DNA of 63,521 nt, counting the filler, from Syncephalis fuscata S228 (taxonomy: Eukaryota; Fungi; Zoopagomycota): assembly GCA_025786725.1 (NCBI GenBank). It is 4 parts of 4 records of this genome, joined end to end, with 100 filler letters (N's around TTAATTAATTAA, not from the genome) between each part and the next. Parts side by side here need not be neighbours in the genome. Positions count along the whole stretch, not along the records: positions 27,891 to 56,997 come from JAHLTZ010000092.1; positions 57,098 to 61,580 come from JAHLTZ010000343.1; positions 61,681 to 63,521 come from JAHLTZ010000363.1; 1 more part is not named here. One strand, 5' to 3'. The first letter of the stretch is position 1. Every line of letters begins with the position of its first letter. Below, piece by piece: positions 53,681-63,521 of this stretch. A program made the translations under genes and the position numbers. The notes under the pieces were generated by a model that saw only the letters and a list, made by a program, of their open reading frames with translations, was not told the DNA's origin and searched no databases.

Positions 53681-56600
53681 TATAGTCGATGCTACGCGTA
53701 TACTGTATAGATTATGTGCGTTACAAACAATAGCAATCAATCGACCTTAAAGCAAAAATGAGATCAATAGCAAGTAATAACTCTTTTTTCTTTTTTTAAA
53801 TTTGTCTATTTTTATCTATAATAATTTTTGCGATTTCACAATCATCCATCAAAACTTAACAACAATGAGCGTCAAATATCAATGGGTGGGCTTAAAAAAG
53901 TTCACATTATTTTGTTGTGGCGTAGCGAAAACAATTACTTATTACTCAACGCTTATTAATGGAGTGTACGCTGTGTAAAAGTACTAATATTGCTCGTCAA
54001 ACTGCTCAAACACCACACAGATCCGTTTAGATGGTATTAAACATGATGGTTGTATTTTTAATCTATTTAAGAACATTTTTGTGGCAAATAAAGAATAACA
54101 ACGGTATCAGTTATCAAGTTTAATTTGTATCTGGTCAGTTTTATCGTATGTCGCAGCAACAATCCGCCAACGGTCATTATATTTTTGACAGCTTGTTCAC
54201 ACGTGACCCGCCCACCCACAATAACCACCCATGGACTCATAATGCGGACATACCAATTGAAGGCTATATACTATTGCTTTGTTTCTTTACCTTTGGTTAC
54301 TGCCATTCCTTTATTTTATTATTGCGACTGGCGATAGCCATTATTGTTATAGCTACGTCTTTTGCCCTACTACCGCCACCACCACTGCCACCACTATTGT
54401 TTGACTTTAAGAGCAGCGTTACTGCACTTAGTATCGGGTGCGTGGTCCTCCTTATTTTGCTCCTGTCGCGCATTCGTTTCTCCTTAGTCTTTTGTGTGGT
54501 GTGTTGTGTGCGTGCACATGTGTACCTACACTTTATACCAGTTCAGTTTTGTTGCTTCTATTCATTATATTAAGCAGGAAGTCACGTACTTCTATTAACT
54601 TTGTCGTTACTAATCAGGGTCTGAATCTGTACGTATTCTACAATCTACAGTAAGTTGCGTAGCTACAGTGAACCACGCGTTCTCCAATGTGTTTAATGGT
54701 AATAATATAGCAGTGATAGCAACAATAATAGTGGTAGCAATATTGTATTTTATTATATTCTATTCATAATACTATCTGTTTTCCTGACTTGTAGTGTATT
54801 GATGCGTGTGAATGGCGAATCTGTATGTATATAGGCGTGTGTATCTGTGTATATATGGTGTGGGTGGATAAATAATGAGGCATGGATTGAATGCCAAGTT
54901 AATATCAGTTTATTGACTTGCAAATGCTTGCCTTATTTTTTTCGTTTGTTTGAATGAAACAAAGCGCAATTGTTGATAGTCTCAATGGCTGTGGATTAAT
55001 TAGCGCTATTTCTATATCAAAGGCGATTGTAGTCATGGAGTGTGATTATGACCGCCGATCTATCCATTGTTGTTTTATGCATTAAGCAGAGGGGATAGAG
55101 GTAAACGGAATTCAAAGGTATGAAGGCCCGCCAATGAAAGCTTGATATGGTAGTAGACATGCTGGGTGTTGTTACTATTATTACTTTCTGTGCCATTGAT
55201 ATGACTATTCATGTTGCTATTCTATTATTTTTGTACAGTTTAATAGACGTATAAATAGTGTTTAATAATATACCATGGATGAATTATAAACTGTATAGCG
55301 AGAAAGCGAGAGACAGAGAAATAGTCCAGCCATGGCCATCTGCCCAATCAGTCGGCGTGCTATACCTGATACAGATTTATTTCCAAAGCAGATGTTGGTC
55401 ACCCAAACTTCCTTTAAACTTGACCGCTGCCTTCTGTAACAGTAATACCCTACTCTTTTTCCTTACGACGCTAGTGCAGTAGCAATAGCAATAGCAATAA
55501 CCATAGCCATAGTTTAACAGTGGCCATAGCAATAGCATCGGTTATCCCTGCTACTTTATAGTATTTGCAATAGCAGTACTAATTGTTAGTAGTCGCGTTA
55601 GTTTACTATTCTTTACTCAGTCGTATTTCGTAGCTATTACTGTTATTTTGCTGCTTTTACTTTTCCCGTTTATTCTTTAAAAACACCGCGCATAATCTGT
55701 AAGTATTAAACACAACAGAACAGTTACGGCTTGTCCAGATACATAGGCTTGAACGAGGACAACACAATACCTACTCGTCTTCATCTCTGTATGCCTAGCC
55801 CCTTTTGCATGCGTGCATGTGCTAGTGAATCTAGCAGGTATTGTGTTTTGTCGGCTACTCGGGCAAAGAAATTCAAGCTAGTGGTCAATTGTCGTTGACT
55901 GTTGCCTATACAATCGTGTGTGTTGGTGTGTAGTGTGTGTGAGTGTGAGTGGAGTATGCGTGTATGAGTGTGTATGCGTGTGGTACTAGGTGTATTTGCG
56001 TGTATGCGTATTCGCGTATTGTTTTACGTCGTTGCGCTGCAGCTATTTACCTATACGCTCTATCCAACATACTAGCTCTATTGTTATTATTATCAACAGC
56101 GTTTTATTATTGTTATTGTTATTATTATCACTCCTACTGCTATTACTGTTGTGCTCGTCGTGGGTATACGCTTCTTTGGGTGGTGTGGGCGCCTCATCTG
56201 CGTCGCCTACCTACCGGCTTATTTCCCCGTGGACTTGCCCCTTTTTTCTCCTGTCTTGCAGAGTGTGCGTGCACTCCTTCCGCCTCAACGCACTTGCACA
56301 TCTCGCTGCTTCACACTACTGGATCCTCGGCGGTTCTGCTTGTGTTGCTATTGCTATACATGAGCTTTTTATTACTACCAGTTCTAACAGAATTCGCAGG
56401 TAACGGTGTCGTATAGCCACCATCACCACCGCACCACCTTCTGCAACCAGTACACCCCTACACCAACTGCTGGGCCGTTGACCAAGCACTTGCGGCCGTC
56501 GTGATTACGGTGGCCTGGACGACAACAGGTGACAGAGCTGTAAGTATTCTCGACACCTTGTCGCTATCTTCCGATACTAACGACAGCAATGTCATCTCGT

Positions 56601-56997
56601 CCGACTCGGTTGCCTTTGTGAACATTTGCTTTATACTGGCATACACCTCTTGGTTACTCTCTATTCTGTATAGTATACACTACAAAAGTACGTTTCATAC
56701 ACGCAGCACCGCTTGTCCTTTTGAACTCTAAGAAAAGCAGGCTTGCACTTACACAGCTACATTACGTGTCTAACAAACGACTAACCCGTTGTTTTTGCCG
56801 CTACTTCTTACTTTCTACGTGTATGCACTATCTATTGTACATGTGGCGTGGCTGTTTTTCCTATTCTTTTTATTCTAAATCTAGTTAGTCTTCTGTGGAT
56901 CCAATACTTTTATTGCGTATCTGTGCGCAGCCCACGCATCTATCGGTGCCACCGCGCCATTCTTTTAACGTCTTCGGTTGGTTTGCTGTCGATGACC

Positions 56998-57097
56998 NNN
57001 NNNNNNNNNNNNNNNNNNNNNNNNNNNNNNNNNNNNNNNNNTTAATTAATTAANNNNNNNNNNNNNNNNNNNNNNNNNNNNNNNNNNNNNNNNNNNN
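56998..57097. other. Assembly gap / contig linker
   Basis: N-TTAATTAATTAA-N. Confidence 0.95.
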
Positions 57098-57779
57098 AAT
57101 ACTTTCCTATGCTTTATATATATTGCAAATATACCCATTGGCTTGATTTGCCATAAATCAACATTACATGTCGTGCTAATATATGTTTGTTCAGCCCCAC
57201 ATTAATAAGCTGCATCTATGTACTAACACTACAAATTGTTCAGCAATCGTATTAGCAGTAAAACCATTACTACTGTTGTATATTTACAGTTGCTAATGCA
57301 ATGGCTATGGTTACTATATACTACCCCTTTGGTAATCACTTTTATATTTTATTCTATTATATAAACATTTCCATCGTCAGTACTTCAATTTATTTATAGT
57401 CTTTCTATGTACAGTGACATTCATTTATAGTTTTATTAGCATATTAAATATATCATATCATTTATTACTTAACCAAATTACATGATTAAACGAAGCTCAA
57501 TTTAAGCTTTGTTGTACCTAAATTAGGGTTTTTTCCCATCAGGGTCCATTGCATTTACTCGCCATTTAAAGGCCGACAATATTACAAATACTTAATACTG
57601 CCGGTCGAACATTTAATAAACAACTTTTTTTACTTCAAATTACTTTCAGCTTATTTTTAGGTTCATACAGTTGCGACTTCTGTGTAAATTGCTGAAGCAA
57701 GCTATTTTATTAATTAAATAAAGTAATTTTTATGCAATTATCAAACAATTTATTAATAATCTAGTGTGATTTGGCGATC

Positions 57780-58520
57780 AACTAAATTTAATAACATCCA
57801 ATCTATTGAACATGGAACTAGGTGATGGGTGGCATCAATCATCAAATACTTATCATTGTAGATTCATTATCCAGTATGCATATATATTCTATCTATTTAT
57901 ATCATTCTACGATATATTAGACACATTTTGTTTATTATATGTTTTGATATACTGCACTTATTCCATCCATTGCATTATATGCACTATAACTTTAACATTA
58001 TTTCATATGCTTTATCATTGTACATTTATCATGCTATATATCATTCTATACTCGCCTAGCCGCATCTATCCAAAACTGTTTTTATTTTTGTTCTAGCTTT
58101 ATTATTAATAAAAGTCGACTAATGTTGGCCATTGATCATGCATATATGATCAATAACTTTAACGTGTCTAATCGTCGCCCAATATCGTATATTCATTATA
58201 CTGTATATCAGTTTATTGTTTAGTAAATACGCGCTAGCTATTGCAGTTGTCCTTTTTGTTCTAGCTGCATTATTAATAAATCTTACCTCATTCATCTCGC
58301 TCATTTAGCAAACTATATGTAATTGCAACCTATAACAATACAATGTATTCAGCATACCATAGAATAATATATATTAGTATAGGCGTATATTGTTAACAAT
58401 ATATGTATATAGAGGATACATGCATACTGGATAATGAATCTACAATAATGAATAGTTTGATCACTAATGCCATTTACCATCCACCATCATGTTCAATAGA
58501 TTGAATGTGTAGTTTAAATG
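57780..58520. mobile_element. Second full-length copy (B) of the MITE-like element, inverted relative to copy A
   Basis: 57800-58280 is colinear with the reverse complement of about 8710-9230 (the spurious ORFs 57806+ and 8827- are also similar); ends are inverted repeats (tctattgaacatg / catgttcaataga). Confidence 0.72.
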
Positions 58521-58856
58521 TGTGAATATTATTAAATCTAGGCATCTGACCACCAAACTATTCTACTTAGAGTAAAATAATAAACATATTGCTAGCGTTA
58601 CACTAATCTTGAATGGTCTATAATAAAGTTTATTAGTATTTGCTAATATATATCAAGCCCATATCTTTTACTTCCAAAAAGTATGAAGCCTAAATTACAA
58701 TAGCTTTGGAAATTGTTTGCAGTTCCACACATCTAATAACAATTCGCGCAAAAAATAAGACGGCAGTTTATTGAAAACTATAAGGAAAGGCAAGCGGTAA
58801 ACACGGAATGCTGTTTTAAAACAAAATAGATTCAAAAACACATGGTTATAATAATT

Positions 58857-60646
58857 TTAGAGATCTTCAATGATACGTGAAGGGGCGTGATTTTCATAAC
58901 AGATTTCGTAAATGGTGGTAAATAGAGGGAATCTATAAATAGGAATATGTTAGTATTCTGTTCTCTTCTATTCAATACTAATCAATATCGCCTATTACTT
59001 ACTCTTTGCAAAGTCCTTTCTTCTCTAATATTTCGTGTAACTCGTAGGCAGTTGATGTGCCTTGTAGCTTTTGTCCATTTAGCATTTCACGTTCCAATTC
59101 CTCAAATGACTATACAAATACATTCATTAGTATCACGCCTGTACTAAATGTAATTTCTAAACAGCTTACCTTGCCGGTACGTGCATGTGCTTCAGCTACA
59201 CGACGATTACGACCACCTGAACAGGTGGTAATCAAATCGGCAACACCACAGCTTTCAAAAAACGTCTCTTCTTTCACGCCGCTGTAAAACATGCGAGCAA
59301 ACTTTTTCATTTCCATCAAACCAATACGAACAAGTGCTGCCTTTGTGTTATCGCCATAACTAAATAAAATACACAAATATTGATTAATTATTAAATTCCA
59401 ATAATTATTTGAATACTTACTCTAGACCATCAGCTAGACCGGCACCAATGGCTACAATATTCTTAAGAGCACCGCATAACTCAACACCGGCCACATCTTC
59501 GACAACATTGACACGGAAATACTGTGTGTTGAATAGTTTACGGAATAGTTCGCCATTGGCACGAATACGACAGCCAACAGTCGTTTCACAGAACTTGTCC
59601 TGAGCCACTTCATTGGCAATATTGGCACCCATCAATACGCTTACATCAATTGAAAGCGACTCAGCAATAACGTCTGAAATAAGTGAAAGACCGACACCTT
59701 TTACGTCAACGCCCTACAATTAATTGGTTAATTAAATACATATTAGTATTCATACATATTTGCCTATTTAATTCTATTTAGCTTACCTTAATAAGGGAAA
59801 TGGCTTTGGTAGTCGATGGAATACTGCCACGTAATTGATCACAAATACCTTGTACAAACTAATTCAAAAGTACCCATTAGTTAGTAAATAGCATTAATTA
59901 ATATTAAGATCATATTTCAATATTAACTGATTAGTTAATTACCTGATGAGGTACAACAAAAATAAGTATTGTCGCATCACGAACAGCATCACGTAAATCA
60001 GGTACAGCGTGTATGTTTTCTGGTAATTGAATACCTGGCAAGTAGCTAAATATAGATATATTAGTTACAGCTATTATTATTATTATTATAGCCTTACCGA
60101 ACATTGACATGTTCCGTATTAATGATATCGGTCAATTTGCGACCTTCAACCATCTCTTCAAAGACCCACATATTAACATGTGCATCGAAGAGTGGCGAGT
60201 CAGCAACATTACGGCCAACAATCTTGGCAATAGCCGAACCCCTGTATACCATCATTAATAAACACGTAAGTAAATAGATATTATAGCAAGCTACGGTATT
60301 TGCTATAGCATTTTACTTACCAATTGCCTGAGCCGATGATACAGACGCGTTCCTTAGTCATGGTAGTCATAGTGGTAAACGATCGAGTAAGATGCAAAGT
60401 GCTAAAATGAGTCACTAAAGAAGAAGAAAGTAGAAAAGAACTACGACGTGGCAATAAAAATGAAAAATAAGTAGCAGCTTTAAACAAACTACTATGACTA
60501 GCAAGTGTATTACTAGTTGTAAAAGTGCTGGAAAACGATAACGATAATGGTGTTATTACTCTTGGTGGGAATGAGTAGCGGCTTTTAAAGTATTGGCGAG
60601 TGGCTATAACACGGACATATGGCCAACAACACAGTGAGACCGGCAT
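58857..60646 (-). CDS. GPD1: NAD-dependent glycerol-3-phosphate dehydrogenase with N-terminal extension
   Basis: [28 protein letters not shown]|[64 protein letters not shown]; about 8 exons. Core start at 60370/60361. Confidence 0.96.
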
Positions 60647-61245
60647 CTTATCGACCGAAATCGGCAGCTATTCCGACACGCTTTTCCTTCCTTTCTGGTT
60701 GGCCTGTGAGAGAGTACAAAACAGCAAAACTTTAACGGAGACGTAAAACAACGACTTTGCCAATAGGTCAAACAGTAAAAAAATATCTCTTTCTTTTTTC
60801 TTTATTTCCTCGTGTCAATGTGTTAAAGTGTGTATTGTTAAGAAGGGGAGAGAGAGAGGGGCGGGTTCCGTTGTCGATACATATCCACGTGGAGATATAG
60901 GAGAATGAAAGGAGATGCAAATGATTCAACGCCGGGGCCAATAGATCGGACTTTGGCACAATTAATAATGGCGGGATTGATATTGCCGATACTACATCTG
61001 ATAACATAATACAATTACTAGATCATTAATAGACAAGTGCTTGGTCGGTAATAAAGAAGCCATGCCAAGGTTATCTTAAAATAGCGTAAACAATAATAAA
61101 CAATAATGCCGTATTAAATACACCATTATTTATTGACATTATGACTTAAATCTATTAATGTGTGTAAACAGTCTTTAATAATATGAATAGAAATAGGAAT
61201 AATAATAGTAGTGAATTGTCTTAGCAATAGATACAATAACGAGGC

Positions 61246-61580
61246 TTATAGAAACACTTTGATAATACCAGAATGGTCAGCACTTATAAGCATGGGTTGT
61301 GGTACTTCAGTAAGCTGTAGATCAGTAATGGCATCAGCATGAGTGTCTAGTAGATCAATTTGTTGCATAATGATAGCATTGTTTTTAAGTTGTGGTCGTT
61401 GTAGTAGACTTTGTAATGGATTATGCTGTGTTGCTGTATATCCATTACTGTCATGGGTCGATGCATGTTTTGTACTGCCATTACTGCCATCGGAACCTTT
61501 AGAATGGCCTGATGTTGACTTGTTCACCGGTAATTCCATATGCCAATGAACATTATTAATCTTCTTCTCCCTAGCAATAT
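61246..61580 (-). CDS. VPS15: 3' end of VPS15/PIK3R4 (WD40 C-terminus), truncated by the gap
   Basis: HADAITDLQLTEVPQPMLISADHSGIIKVFL* matches the Vps15 C-terminal H.D.I.D......P..M.IS.D..G.IKV motif. Confidence 0.7.
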
Positions 61581-61680
61581 NNNNNNNNNNNNNNNNNNNN
61601 NNNNNNNNNNNNNNNNNNNNNNNNTTAATTAATTAANNNNNNNNNNNNNNNNNNNNNNNNNNNNNNNNNNNNNNNNNNNN
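61581..61680. other. Assembly gap / contig linker
   Basis: N-TTAATTAATTAA-N. Confidence 0.95.
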
Positions 61681-63521
61681 ATTTGTACCTAAAATACTTG
61701 GTTTTGCTTTTCTAACTATAGAATGTATATATTTAGCAATAGAAAGTGAGAATATTGCGAATCTATATTTATTCTACTGCTTTATTCTATCTACAAAAAC
61801 CATTCATGCTGGAATTAATACTATATTTAGCAACAGATGTATTGGTTGGCATTATTTTAATCCCCCCATTTAGCGCAATAAATCATTTTACGCAATTAAT
61901 TGTAATAATTTGATTTAATTAATTGATTCGTGTTTAATTCATAATTTATAATAAGCATTAACATAATGTTACTGTCCTGATATTCCAGACAGAGTCTTGT
62001 GCAAGTGTGACCGAGAGATATACCATGTGATTGATTGCAAGAATAATACACCTATCGGATATTAGTACCGATTACTAATAACAAATGCCTATTACGACAA
62101 TATGACAAGTAGCTACTTGTTAGTTGTGAACATATGAGCAGTCACCTGAACTAATATGCTGCACTAATGATGAAATACCACAAGGCATTCAAGTTTTATT
62201 ATTAGTTATGTTTACTATATAATGATAGCTTATTCAATATCAATAAAGGAATAATCAAGTTTCTAGTCCAATATTATTTCTACTTAGTGTCATACAAGTT
62301 ATTCAGTTTATTATAGTTAAACTGTGGTAATTAATGACCAATAAGGAATAGTTTTATTATAAAAGCAATACAACCAAACAACACATTGTATTTTGAGCAT
62401 TAAGGTGTTGCTTGGTCATCTAAGTTGCGATTTCTAAAACCAGAAGCGTAACAATAATATTATTGTCCACTATCACTTTTATAAAATATAATTAATTGCA
62501 ACAGAACTTTGTATCAGTAATAATATTATACATTTTAATAAACAATGTAACATACTATTTGATTTCTTTGAAACATTTGCGGCTGATCATCATTGTTGTT
62601 GGTCATGCGCAGAAAGATTGAATAAATATTAATAGAAGCCATATGATTGCAATTTCATATCATTCGCATTTGTTGTTGTTGCATCTGAATGGTCTATTCT
62701 ATTGTCTAATATTCTAGTATTGTATTTTGAGTATATTTGTAATGTAAGATCAAGATTAATATAAGTATTATAAGTGTTGTTTATTAAACAGCCACTTTCC
62801 TATAGCCAGTCTGACTAAATGAATGGCATTTGAACAAATTAATATTATAATGACAATATATATATTAAAGCAATAATAAAGATAACTAATTAATTACATT
62901 GTTTTATTGATAATTACACATGTTACAATGCACATGGAATAGTGATGGATGGGTGTTTAATTGTGTTTAAAAGTATTAAGAAAAAGGCACTGAAATAGGT
63001 AAATAAAAATGTAACAGTCAAAGCACAATAGCTTTTACTTTTATTTATTGTTACAACTAATAATTACATCGTTTGATTTAATTGTTTTTGATCGATATGC
63101 CTTGGCATTATAAAATAGACTTGAATGTAATTAGAAATCAAAATAATAATTAATGGCTATTTGATTAGGTGCCATTGTTTACGTAGACATACGAAGATTA
63201 CTATTACTAGGCCTTAAATGACAATGTAATTCAATATAGCTTATAATATTTAATTAAATTTTTATTTATATCTATTACAATAATACACTATATAGTATTT
63301 ATTCTTATTAATTAATTTAGTTGGTAAATAGCACTGTATATATATATTAGTACAATAGCTTTCAACGAATAAACGTGTAAGTTTATAAAGTGCAAATTAG
63401 TCAAGTCCGTTTGAACTCAAATTGATACAAAGAAAAAAATCTTCATCGCCTATTAAAAAAAAACTCGATCGCCACTATCGATCTTTTTTCTTTCGCCTAC
63501 TTGTTGTAAACGAATTTAACG

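Noticed and set aside
54125-56997. Hydrophobic/Cys-rich ORFs as membrane proteins
   Set aside because: Derived from TG/TTA/TAC simple repeats; more likely the upstream region of a gene beyond the gap.
61681-63521. Possible degraded membrane-protein gene on the - strand
   Set aside because: Only short stop-interrupted hydrophobic stretches in very AT-rich DNA; not supportable.

Overview
AT-rich, intron-rich eukaryotic DNA with short GT-AG introns of about 45-80 nt. The gene content is fungal; an early-diverging lineage such as Zoopagomycota is my inference, not established. Three N-TTAATTAATTAA-N linkers (about 27.8, 57.0 and 61.6 kb) show the window is four joined contigs. Housekeeping genes: HIR1/HIRA 5' end, ADE2, an RFX transcription factor, a DNAJC12-like J protein, SFT2, a CHY zinc finger, EDC4/Ge-1, RVB2, an Alba/RPP25-like protein, a PUF4/MPT5-like Pumilio, RRP15, GPD1 and the VPS15 3' end. 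The standout is 41630-42776 (- strand). What looks like an 82-bp tandem repeat parses as a small secreted-peptide gene: a signal/pro-peptide exon followed by 11 intact (plus 1 broken) 3-nucleotide micro-exons, each flanked by TAG/GT splice sites. Spliced, it reads MKLSIAVVCTILVAFVASTAMVDA-SPNRVYRR-EEEASRWKYKK*. Also notable: a metacaspase lacking both catalytic residues and carrying a pentapeptide-repeat prodomain, a secreted pseudokinase with PPxY motifs, a WS/DGAT-type acyltransferase with a degenerate HHxxxDG motif, and a long-TIR MITE-like family present in 2-3 copies.
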